From an uncultured Chloroflexia bacterium (GTDB lineage Bacteria > Chloroflexota > Limnocylindria > Limnocylindrales > CSP1-4): a DNA stretch of 64,000 bases. Below are positions 31,548-40,431 of this stretch, in pieces (the stretch's first letter is position 1; the number at the start of each line of letters is the position of its first letter). Both the position numbers and the translations under genes were made by a program. The notes beneath the pieces were generated by a model, which saw only the letters and a list, made by a program, of their open reading frames with translations, was not told the DNA's origin and made no database searches. The stretch covers positions 355,062 to 419,061 of the forward strand of contig CAWJBJ010000005.1 in NCBI GenBank assembly GCA_963841135.1, read 5' to 3'.

Positions 31548-32153
31548 TCAGCCGGCGTTGCTGAACGTCGCCCGCCCGGCAGGTCGATAGGTCAGGAGAG
31601 TCACGCCGCCCGACGTCGACCGAGACTCGACGAGTGTCAGGTCGTGCGTCTGCCCCTGCTCCGGGAACAGCCGCAGGCCGTCGCCCACGACGACGGGGTA
31701 GAGCCGGATGTTGAGCTCGTCGACGAGGTCGCGGTCGAGCAGCCATCGGAGCAACTCGCCGCTGCCGTGGACCTGGAGCTCGCGCCCGGGCTTCGCCTTG
31801 AGCTCGCGCACCGCCGCCTCGACGTCGCCGTCGATCACGTGGGTGTTCTGCCACGTCGGGTCCTTGAGCGTGGTCGAGGGCACGTACTTGGGCAGGACGT
31901 TGATGCCATGGGAGACCGGATCGCCATCGTCGTGGAGCGGCCAGTACGGCTCCCAGATCTCCCAGGTCTTGCGTCCGAGCAGCAGCGCATCCGCACGCTC
32001 GAACATGGACGTCAGAAAGGGCCACATGTCCGCGTCGGCGTGCGCCGCGGTCCAACCGCCGCGCTCGAACCCGCCGCGCCGGTCCTCATCGGGGCCACCG
32101 GGGCCCTGGTACACGCCGTCCACGGTCAGCATCATCGATGCGGTCAGCTTCAT
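31548..32153 (-). CDS. Dihydrofolate reductase-like (RibD C-terminal) protein
   Basis: MMLTVDGVYQGPG, LLLGRKTWE, PKYVPSTTL, LQVHGSGEL, YPVVVGDGLRLF; RBS GGAGGA. Confidence 0.85.
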   Translation of the reverse strand: MKLTASMMLTVDGVYQGPGGPDEDRRGGFERGGWTAAHADADMWPFLTSMFERADALLLGRKTWEIWEPYWPLHDDGDPVSHGINVLPKYVPSTTLKDPTWQNTHVIDGDVEAAVRELKAKPGRELQVHGSGELLRWLLDRDLVDELNIRLYPVVVGDGLRLFPEQGQTHDLTLVESRSTSGGVTLLTYRPAGRATFSNAG

Positions 32154-32253
32154 GGTCATCCTCCTTCGCTTCGGGTCGACGTTGGTTAGACCATCGGACG
32201 AGCCGCAACTCATCGGCCTGCGCGCGCGCAGACCGAACGTCAGGTGACGGAAG

Positions 32254-32329
32254 TGGTGGAGATGAGGGGACTCGAACCCCTGACCCCCGCGATGCGAACG
32301 CGGTGCTCTTCCAGCTGAGCTACATCCCC
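32254..32329 (-). tRNA. tRNA-Ala (CGC)
   Basis: GGGGATGTAGCTCAGCTGGAAGAGCACCGCGTTCGCATCGCGG...GTTCGAGTCCCCTCATCTCCACCA; G3:U70 pair and encoded CCA. Confidence 0.97.
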
Positions 32330-32477
32330 ACGGGCGTCGGTCTCGCACGTGGGGCCGGACCGGTGGCAGAGTCTAGCACGCGACGCTCGCGCGATCGGAC
32401 GGGCGACCCCCGTGCACCTCGACGCGGTAGGCGGAACCACGGACCGGCCGGGGAGACGCGCCCCGTAGGCTGCGTCG

Positions 32478-33380
32478 ATGCCCTTCGGACTGCTGACCGG
32501 TCTCGGTGCCGCCCTGTCGTGGGGCACCCTCGACGTCATCACGGCCCTCGCGAGCCGGCGTCATCGGCAGCCTCCGGGTCACGGCCGGCATGCAGTTCGT
32601 CGAGCGCGATCATGTTCGTCGCGCTCGCGCTCATCACCGGCACGCCATCTGCCGACCGACCCGGGCGTCGTTCGTGCTGGCCGCGCTCCTCGGGTTCATC
32701 GGCGCCGGCGCGTACCTCGCCTACTTCACCGGGCTGCGGATCGGGCCGATCTCGGTCGTCAGCGGCGTGGTCGCGGCGTACGGCGGCCTGACGGTCGTCC
32801 TGTCGGTCGTCTTCCGCGGCGAGACCTGACCACCGCTCCAGGCGCTCGGCGCCACGATCGCGACGATCGGCGTCGTCCTGACCGGCGTCGCGTTCGAAGG
32901 CGGCTGGCGGGCGACGCGGTTCGCCGGGCCGGGCGTGGTCTTCTCGATCGTCGCGCTCGTCCTCTTCGCGTTGATGACGATGGTCACCGACATCGCTCTC
33001 GAGACGATGGAGTGGCTCCAGGTGTACTGCACTGGCCCGCGGCATCAATGCAGCGACGTCGATCGTCGGTGCTCGTCGTGCTGCGCGCGGACGGCCAGCG
33101 GTCGAGGACGACGACCGGTCGATGGGCCCGCCTGGTCGAGCGCCGCGGATCGTCGGCGCGATCGTGGTGGCCGGCGTGCTCGACGTGCTCGGGCCTCATC
33201 GCGTTCGCGATCGGCCTCGAGATCCGCCCCGACCTGGATGGTCGGCCTGGCCGCGTCGTTCGGTCCGGCGGTCACGATCCTCGTCGCGGTCGCGTTCCTC
33301 GGCGAGCGGCTCAAGCCGATCCAGTGGGTCGGGCTCGTCGGCGTGGCGGTCGGGATGATCGCGATCGGGCTGCCCGTGAC
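32478..33380 (+). CDS. DMT/EamA-family transporter (frameshifted; end approximate)
   Basis: GLGAALSWG, YFTGLRIGPISVVSGVVAAYG, VAFLGERLKPIQWVGL. Confidence 0.8.
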
Positions 33381-33384
33381 GGCG

Positions 33385-34460
33385 TCAGGCCGGGAGGCTG
33401 AACCAGAACCGGGTCTGGCCGTCGCCGCGACTCGGCGCCGACCCGGCCGCCGGCCGCCTCGACGAGCTGCTTGACGATCGCCAGGCCGATCCCGGCGCCG
33501 CCGCGCGCCCGGTCGCGCGACTTCTCGACGCGGTAGAAGCGCTCGAACACGCGCTCGAGGTCGTCCGGCGGGATCCCGTCGCCGGTGTTGACGACCGAGA
33601 CGAGGAGGTCGGCCGGGCCGTCGCTCGGCGCGGACCGTGACCGTGCCGCCGGCCGGCGTGTAGCGCGCCGCGTTCGAGAGCAGGTTGGCCAGCACCTGGG
33701 CCAGGTGGTCCGGGTTCGGCCCGCGCCGGCAGCGCGGTCCGGGACCTCGAGCGCGACCGTCGAGCCCGGCCCGCTCGAGCGACGGGCTGCGCGAGGTCGA
33801 GCGCCGATCCGGACGGCCGCCGCGAGGTCGATCTCGATCGCCGCGGGCGGCGCCGACGGCGGCGTCGCCCTCGGCCAGCGCATCGAGCGAGCGCGACAGC
33901 CGGACCAGCCGATCGGCCTCCTCGTGGAGCGATTCGTAGGTCGCCCGGTCGGCCGTGATGACGCCGTCGCGCAGCGCCTCGAGGTAGCCCTGCAGGTTGG
34001 TCAGCGGCGTGCGCAGCTCGTGCGCGGCGTTGGCGATGAAGTCGCGGCGCATCGCCTCCTGGCGCTCGAGGCTGGCGGCCATCTGGTTGAACGAATCGGC
34101 GAGGCGAGGCGAGCTCCTCGGGGCCTTCGCGCGGGACGCGGGCCGCGTAGTCGCCCTCGGCGATCGCGCCGGGCGGCGCGCGCCGACCTCGGCGAGCGGC
34201 CGGGCCAGCATCCGCGCGAGCACGACCGCGAGGACGACGCTCGCCAGCGCCGCCAGCGACGAACGCGGCGACGACCACGGCCGTGACCGACTCGTCGTAC
34301 ATCGCCCGCGCGTGATCGGCCGAGTCGCCGGCCTCGACCATCAGCGCGGTGAAGACGTCGGCGCCGACGACGGCCACGCCGACCGCGAGGATCACCAGCC
34401 CGACCGCCGCCGACGCGAGCGCCGCGAGCGCGATCCGGACCGCGATCCCGCGGCCGATCA
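33385..34460 (-). CDS. HAMP-HisKA-HATPase sensor histidine kinase (BaeS-like; frameshifted; start approximate)
   Basis: FIANAAHELRTPLT, QVLANLLSNAARYT, NTGDGIP, FERFYRVEKSR, GAGIGLAIVK. Confidence 0.85.
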
Positions 34461-35230
34461 GGTCGCCGGATCGACGCGCGCGGCCCGATAGCCGACGCCG
34501 CGGACCGTGGCCACGTAGCGCGGGCGCTCGGCGTCGTCGCCGAGCTTGTCGCGCAGCCGGCCGATGTGGACGTCGATGGTCCGGTCGAGGACCTCGGCGC
34601 CGTCGTGGCCGTAGACCGCGTCGAGCAGCTGGTCGCGCGACAGGACCCGGCCGTCGGCCGCGAGGATCGTCTGCGAGCAGCCGGAACTCGACGCGGGTCA
34701 GGTCGATCGGCCGGTCGGCCGCGGCGGACCTCGTGGCGGTCGGGGTCGAGGACGAGGTCGCCGTGGCGGATGATCGGCTCGGGCGCGCGGCGGTCGGCGG
34801 CGGCGCCGCTCGAGGCGCGGCCGTGGCCGCGGCGTCGCGCGCCGCAGGATCGACTTCACGCGGAGGACGAGCTCGGCCGGCGAGAACGGCTTGGGCAGGT
34901 AGTCGTCGGCGCCGTCCTCGAGGCCGGCGATCCGGTCGATGGTCGAGCCGCGCGCCGACAGGATGAGGATCGGCGTCGCGGCCGCCTCGTCGTCGCGGCG
35001 GACGGCGCGGATGACGGCCCGCCCGTCCAGCTCGGGGAGCATCAGGTCGAGCACGACGAGCGCCGGCTGGTGGGTCTCGATGGCGTCGAGCGCGGCCGGC
35101 CCGTCGGCGGCGGTCACGACCGCGAACCCGTCGCGCTCGAGGTAGGTCCGCACGAGCCGGACGATCTTCGCGTCGTCGTCGACGACGAGGATCGGTCGCT
35201 CGGGACGCGGCTCGGTCGGGGAGCGGGCAT
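34458..35230 (-). CDS. OmpR-family response regulator (frameshifted)
   Basis: ILVVDDDAKIV, LVVLDLMLPELDG, GADDYLPKPFSPAEL, and winged-helix fragments DRTIDVHIGRLRDKL. Confidence 0.9.
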
Positions 35231-35322
35231 CGGCAGCATGGTAGGGGAGCGACGCTAGGCCCCGGCCGTGATCGGACGCGGTGACGACGCCGCGAGACTT
35301 GCGTCTACGGGTCTTGTCTGAC

Positions 35323-35338
35323 TAGAACAGATGTTCTA
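35323..35338. promoter_or_regulatory. LexA (SOS) box, GAAC-N4-GTTC type, upstream of imuA
   Basis: TAGAACAGATGTTCTA abutting a TAATCT -10 hexamer (35337-42). Confidence 0.85.
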
Positions 35339-35351
35339 ATCTAGACGTCCG

Positions 35352-36250
35352 ATGTCGACCGCTCGTGGAGATGTGGACGCCGCTGTCGCGGGCCTCCGGG
35401 CTCGATGGGGTGCCGCAGCTCCGCGGGTCATGGGGGCACTGGCCCTGGCGCCTGAGCCGGCGGTCGCATCGGACCACGCTCGAAGCCGCCACGGTACGAG
35501 CCCGCCGCCACCTCGACGACGACCGCGTCATCCACACCGGCTTCGCCGCGCTCGACGCGATCCTCGGGCCGGGCGGCCTCCCGAAGTCGGCCAGCGTCGC
35601 GATCCGCGGCGACGGCTCCAGCGGCCGGACGACCCTCTCGCTCCGGGTCGCCGCGGAGGCCCAGGCGCAGGGCTCGGTCGTGGCCTGGCTCGACCTGTCG
35701 CGCAGCTTCGACCCGGTCGAGGCGGTCGCCCGCGGCGTCCGGCTCGAGTGGCTCGTCGTCATCACGCCCGGCCAGCCTGGACGAGGGCCTCTCGATCGCG
35801 GGCTGCGCTGCTCGCCGGGCGCTCGGTCGACCTGCTCGTCCTCGACCTGCCCGGCGGCCGGCTGGCGAAGACCGACAAGCCGGCCAAGGATCGCCGACCG
35901 CCTCCATCGACTCGCCGCGCTCGCCCGTCGGGCGGAGACCCTGCTCCTGATCCTCGATGCGCCCGGGCTCTCCGGCGGCCTCGCGACCGCCGTCGCCGAG
36001 TCGACCGGCATCCGGCTCGAGCTCGCCCGCCGGTCGTGGATCCGGCTCGGGCGCGACATCGTCGGCCAGCGGACGGAGGCGCTGGTCGCGCGCAATCGAT
36101 ACGGCCCGCCGGGGCGGCGGGCGACGCTCCGGATCCTCTACGCGGAGGGCGGCGAGCGCGACGCCTGCCTCCGCCGGGACGACCTCCTCCTCGAGGCGAT
36201 CCCCACCGCCGACAAGGCCCCCGCCACCGATTCGAACGGACCGACCGCGA
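35352..36250 (+). CDS. imuA: ImuA-like RecA-fold mutasome protein (frameshifted; end uncertain)
   Basis: IHTGFAALDAILGPGGLP, degenerate Walker A GDGSSGRTTL, VAWLDLSRSFDP; LexA box upstream and imuB downstream. Confidence 0.75.
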
Positions 36251-37526
36251 TGCGACTGCTCCACCTCTACCGGCCGCATCTCCCGCTCGAACTGGCGCTG
36301 GCCCGCGCCTCCGAGCCCTTCCCGCCGGCCCGCTCGTGCTGGGCGGCCGGCCGTGGGATCCGGGCCCGGTCATCGACGCGAACCCGGACGCCCGGGCGCT
36401 CGGCGTCCGGCGGGGGATCCCGCTGGGAGCGCCCATCGACTCGTCCCTGAGGCGACCTTCATCGATCCGGATCCCGACGCGGACCGGGCGGCGGCCGAGG
36501 CCGCCTTCGAGGCGCTCGCCGCGTTCAGCCCGGGACTCGCCGGGAGCGACCGATCCGGCGCGACGCGGCGTTCGGGCTGTTCGAGGTCCAGATCGACGGC
36601 CTCGAGCCGTTGTGGGGTCCCGAACCGGTCCTCATCGAGCGGCTGACCGCCGCGCTGGCCACGAGCCTCCCGGGCGGTGCCGGGACCTCGTTCCGGGCCG
36701 GGATCGCCGGCACGCGCTTCGCGGCGACCATCGCCGCGGTCCACGCCCGCGCCGGATCGCCCGATCGTCGTCGCGCCCGGTGGCGAGGCCGCGTTCCTCG
36801 CCCCGTATCCGTCCGGCCTGCTCACCACGGACCCCGACGTCCGGGCCCGGCTCACCCGGTTCGGCCTGCGCCGGATCGGGGCCGTGGCGGAGCTCGCCCG
36901 GTCCGCGCTGTCGCCCGGTTCGGGCGAGGAGGGCGCGCGGCTCCACGCCCGGGCGCGTGGCGAGGAGACCGAGCCGTTCCGGCCGCGCCGGACGCCCGGA
37001 GCGCCTGGCCCTGCACCTGCCGATCGAGCCGCCGTCGAGGAGCTCGAGCCGCTCCGGTTCGTCCTCCACCGGCTCGCCGGCGCGCTCACCGGCCAGCTCG
37101 CTGGCGCGCGGCCTGGCCGCGGCCCGGGCGCAACCTGCGCCTGGAGCTGGACCTCGCGTTCGCCCGCGCCGGGACGGCGCCGCGAGCTGACCGTCGAGCA
37201 GCGCTTCCCCGAACCGACCGCCGACGCCGAGGCGATCGAGCGCCTGCTGTTCGCCCGCCTGGAGCGCGACCCGCCGCCGGCCGCGGTGGCCCGCCTGGAC
37301 CTGGAGCTGGCCGGCACGGCGCCGGCGGCCGGTCAGCAGCTCCCGTTGTTCGTGCCACAGGCCGCCCGCGACGCGCGGCTCGGCTGGCAGCTGGCCCGGC
37401 TCGCCCTGACGTTCGGGGAGGACCGCGTCCGGCGGGTCGCGCTGCACCGACCCCGAGGCGCCGCTGCCCGAGGCGCGCTGGACGTGGCGCTCGGTCGGTC
37501 TCGGCGAGCCGGGGACCGGCGGATGA
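36250..37526 (+). CDS. imuB: ImuB, inactive Y-family polymerase homologue (frameshifted)
   Basis: VIDANPDARALGVRRG, LTRFGLRRIGAVAEL, ELEPLRFVLHRL, QQLPLF (clamp-binding motif), FGEDRV, DPEAPLPEARW. Confidence 0.8.
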
Positions 37527-37771
37527 CCCGGCTGCTGCGCGAGCACCCGGCGATCGAGGTCGAGACTCGATGCGACGGGGCAGCCCGTCGTCATCGCTGG
37601 AACGGCCGGCGCGAGCCGGTCGAGGTCTGCAACCGCTGGCGGGTGGAGGAGGCGTGGTGGCGCGACCCGATCGCCCGCGACTACGTCAAGGTCGTCGGCG
37701 AGCGCTGGCTCGCGCTCGTCTACCTCGACCGCATCGACGGGACGTGGCACCTGGAACGGCTCTACGACTGA
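37523..37771 (+). CDS. Small protein resembling the ImuB C-terminal domain (DUF6504-like)
   Basis: 82 aa: RWNGRREPV...WRVEEAWWRDPIARDYVKV...WHLERLYD; ATGA overlap with the inferred imuB stop. Confidence 0.65.
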   Translation: MTRLLREHPAIEVETRCDGAARRHRWNGRREPVEVCNRWRVEEAWWRDPIARDYVKVVGERWLALVYLDRIDGTWHLERLYD

Positions 37772-37779
37772 CATGGAAA

Positions 37780-37805
37780 GGACCGGACGCCGCGGCGTCC
37801 GGTCC
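37780..37805. terminator. Bidirectional intrinsic terminator-like hairpin
   Basis: GGACCGGACGCC-GC-GGCGTCCGGTCC, a perfect inverted repeat between convergent genes. Confidence 0.7.
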
Positions 37806-37822
37806 GATTGCACGAGGGTTGG

Positions 37823-38266
37823 TCAGCGATCGCGACCGATCCGACCCAGGTGCGTGTCCTTGAACGAGCTCGGGAGCTTCAGGCCGTAGCCGGCCATCCG
37901 GTCCATGCCGCTGTGGGCGACGAGGATCGCGCCGGCCGCGGCGATCGGCACGGACCCGACGGCCAGGCCGATGCCCGCGACCGCGATGCCGGCGGCCAGA
38001 TCATGGACGAGGTTGTAGACGATGGCCCCGACCCGCGGTCCGCGCAGATAGCCGATCGCCGACGCGTCCGGGATGAGCAGGACCAGCGGGAACAGGTACC
38101 AGGGGATCCCGAGCCAGAGGAAGCCCGCGAGACCGGCCGCGAAGGTCGCCGCGCCCTCGGCGCGGAGCCAAGGCTTGATCCAGGCCGAGACCGTCATCGT
38201 CGTCCCGGACGTCTCGGCGGCGGAGGCTCGATGCGCCTCATGCATCGTGGCTGTCAGTGCGGTCAT
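37823..38266 (-). CDS. DUF4260-family membrane protein
   Basis: LRAEGAA, LLIPDASAIGYLRGPRVGAIVYNLVH, HSGMDRMAGYGLK...FKDTHLGRIG. Confidence 0.85.
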   Translation of the reverse strand: MTALTATMHEAHRASAAETSGTTMTVSAWIKPWLRAEGAATFAAGLAGFLWLGIPWYLFPLVLLIPDASAIGYLRGPRVGAIVYNLVHDLAAGIAVAGIGLAVGSVPIAAAGAILVAHSGMDRMAGYGLKLPSSFKDTHLGRIGRDR

Positions 38267-38311
38267 CGTGGCCTCCTCGGCGTTCCCTGGGTCGGCTCCG
38301 TCCGACTCGAT

Positions 38312-38356
38312 GGCTACACTCTATAGCCTTCATGGCTAATGTCAATAGGCTATTAT
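38312..38356. promoter_or_regulatory. Divergent promoter with probable TetR operator
   Basis: TAGCC-TTCAT-GGCTA palindrome (38324-38338); further GGCTA at 38312 and 38348; TATTAT -10 at 38351-56. Confidence 0.5.
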
Positions 38357-38363
38357 CGAGCGC

Positions 38364-38942
38364 ATGAGTCCCGCGCCAGCACGAACCTCACGCGACGCCA
38401 TCCTCGCCGCCGCCCGGGAGATCCTCGAGGCGGACGGGCTGGACGCGGTCACGATGACCCGCGTCGGCGATCGGGTCGGCGTCCGCGGCCCGTCGCTCTA
38501 CAAGCACGTGCCGAACCGCGCGGCGCTGATCCGCGCCGTGGCCGACGCGGTCACCGCCGATCTGGGCAGGACGCTGGCCGGGAGGCCCACCGACGACGCG
38601 AAGGCCGATCTCCGGGCGCTCGCGACCCGCTACCGGCGCTTCGTCCGGGCGAATCCCAACGGCTACGGACTGCTGTTCGCGCACCTGCCGCCCGACTTCC
38701 AGCCGGACCAGGCTGCGGCCGCGGCGGTCGGGCTGCCGATCGTGGAAGCGATGGCTCGGCTGGGCGGGGAGGCCGGCGCGCTCGCGGCGGCGCGGACGGT
38801 CGCCGCGTGGGCGCATGGGTTCGTGAGCATGGAGCTCGCCGGCGCATTCCGGCTGGGCGGCGACGTCGACGACGCCTACGACGCGGGGATCGAGGTGATC
38901 CTCGCGGGGGTCAGCGAGCGGGCGTCCCCAGCGTCAGCGTGA
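38364..38942 (+). CDS. TetR/AcrR regulator with WHG-type C-terminal domain
   Basis: ILAAAREILEADGLDAVTMTRVGDRVGVRGPSLYKHV; AAWAHGFVSMELAG. Confidence 0.9.
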   Translation: MSPAPARTSRDAILAAAREILEADGLDAVTMTRVGDRVGVRGPSLYKHVPNRAALIRAVADAVTADLGRTLAGRPTDDAKADLRALATRYRRFVRANPNGYGLLFAHLPPDFQPDQAAAAAVGLPIVEAMARLGGEAGALAAARTVAAWAHGFVSMELAGAFRLGGDVDDAYDAGIEVILAGVSERASPASA

Positions 38943-39015
38943 CGACGAAGAGGATCAGGAACAGGCCCACGACAAGGACGAGGGCGCCGATATCTTGCGG
39001 TCGAGCTCTCTGCAC
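38911..39015 (-). CDS. 34-aa small membrane peptide (not in the ORF track)
   Basis: RBS GGGGAGG then GTG: MQRARPQDIGALVLVVGLFLILFVVTLTLGTPAR*. Confidence 0.5.
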   Translation of the reverse strand: MQRARPQDIGALVLVVGLFLILFVVTLTLGTPAR

Positions 39016-39113
39016 GGTGCGCCTCCCCCAGGCTCTCCGGATCGTCCCCGCGGCGATCTGCGGTCAGGATACGCGGCTTTGGCCGTTGTTGTCGCCGCGC
39101 ACCATCATGGGCC

Positions 39114-39662
39114 TCAGTCGTGCGGACAGGCAGCTCCGTATAGGACCGTCAGTGTCGTCGTTCCGCCCAGCGGCGCGATCGTCACCGACAGCCGGCAGCG
39201 CGGATCCTGCCCGGTCGAATCGATGACGTAGCCGCCGTCCTCCAGAGGCCCCGAGAGCGCCTCCGTGCTGAAGGCCGCCATCTCCAGCTCACCCTGGTAC
39301 CACGTCGCGATCTCCGCCGGCTCGCCACCCTCGACCGAATAGACGGCGCTCGCCGGGCCGGTCACGGTCTCCTCTGAGAGGACTGCGCCTGGGTACTTCG
39401 GGAACCCGGTCGGCAGCGTGTCCCAGATCCGTCCCCACTCGGTCTCGGTCTGACCCTCGAGCGGCGGCCCGCCCGTCTCCCCGGGCAGCGTCTCGACCGG
39501 TTCGGCCGTGTCAACCGGCGCCGAGGCGCGTGCGACCGGGCTCGATGACGCTTGTGTCGCGGTCGCCGAAGGAGACAACGTGGGTGCCGCCAAACCGCAT
39601 GCAGCCGCCACCGACACGACGAGCAGGAGGGAGCCGGCGAGGCGGATCGCGCGGACGGTCAC
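39114..39662 (-). CDS. Hypothetical lipoprotein
   Basis: Lipobox VAAAC after a hydrophobic leader, S/P/T linker, acidic globular domain; TAGCCT-N6-GTG. Confidence 0.7.
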   Translation of the reverse strand: MTVRAIRLAGSLLLVVSVAAACGLAAPTLSPSATATQASSSPVARASAPVDTAEPVETLPGETGGPPLEGQTETEWGRIWDTLPTGFPKYPGAVLSEETVTGPASAVYSVEGGEPAEIATWYQGELEMAAFSTEALSGPLEDGGYVIDSTGQDPRCRLSVTIAPLGGTTTLTVLYGAACPHD

Positions 39663-39671
39663 CGATGAAGG

Positions 39672-39998
39672 CTAGCTGCCCGGCGCCTTGTACTTGATCG
39701 ACTGCGCCCTGCCGAGGGCCGAAAGCGTCTCTTCGACGCTGAGCAGCACGGTGGTCTCCGCCGACCTGAGCGCGCCCCCGGCGCCGATCGCCAACGCGAC
39801 GGCAGCCATCGACACGTTGTCGGGAGCCTCGAAGAGGTTGTAGCCGTCGTGCTCTCCGAACGCGTACCAGAAGCCGTGCAGCTTGCCGCCGACGGACTCG
39901 ATGTACTGCTCTGCGGCAGCCCGCCGATCCTCGGGGTTCTTGATGAGCCGGGCCCAGGTCTCGGGCGTGTAGCTGAACCGTGTCAGATAGAGCGGCAT
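39672..39998 (-). CDS. GYD-domain protein
   Basis: MPLYLTRFSYTPETWARL...VGGKLHGFWYAFGEHDGY...AETTVLL; RBS GGAGGAG. Confidence 0.85.
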   Translation of the reverse strand: MPLYLTRFSYTPETWARLIKNPEDRRAAAEQYIESVGGKLHGFWYAFGEHDGYNLFEAPDNVSMAAVALAIGAGGALRSAETTVLLSVEETLSALGRAQSIKYKAPGS

Positions 39999-40227
39999 GA
40001 CGTCTCCTCCAGCGATGACGATGAAGTGTAAGGGAGGCCCCTTCCGTCCGGAGCCTCCCGGTTCGCCTGCCGAGAACATGACAGGACCCCGTCGCCCCCA
40101 AGCGACGGGGTCCTGTAGGTCGGGCGAGTCGCTCACCGGCTCCCCGACGGGTCAGCGTGTCGACCATCGCAGTCGACCGCCGCCGATCGTCCCGAGGCCC
40201 CCAGGCACCGAGACGTTGTGTGGTGAC

Positions 40228-40353
40228 CTAGGTCTGTGACGCCTGCACGGAAAGCGCCGCCGGCAGCAGGACCAGGATCAGCATCATCGCCAACGCGACC
40301 AGCACGGCACTCCGAAGAGCGATGCCTGCGATCGGTCGAATGGGCGTGTGCAT
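40228..40353 (-). CDS. 41-aa small hydrophobic or signal-peptide-like protein (not in the ORF track)
   Basis: MHTPIRPIAGIALRSAVLVALAMMLILVLLPAALSVQASQT*. Confidence 0.5.
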   Translation of the reverse strand: MHTPIRPIAGIALRSAVLVALAMMLILVLLPAALSVQASQT

Positions 40354-40431
40354 GGCCGTGAGACGCCAGATGGTGCCCAGATGTTGCGAGTTCTCGTGAG
40401 ATCTTTTCCCGGATTTCGTCCGGGGCTGGGC

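Noticed and set aside
30414-32329. Integrative element at tRNA-Ala(CGC) or tRNA-Ala(GGC)
   Set aside because: No integrase or transposase, and no duplicated tRNA 3' end (att site) was seen in the window.
35322-36095. Minus-strand 257-aa ORF ending RLEHLF
   Set aside because: Antisense to imuA; its end is simply the translated LexA box.
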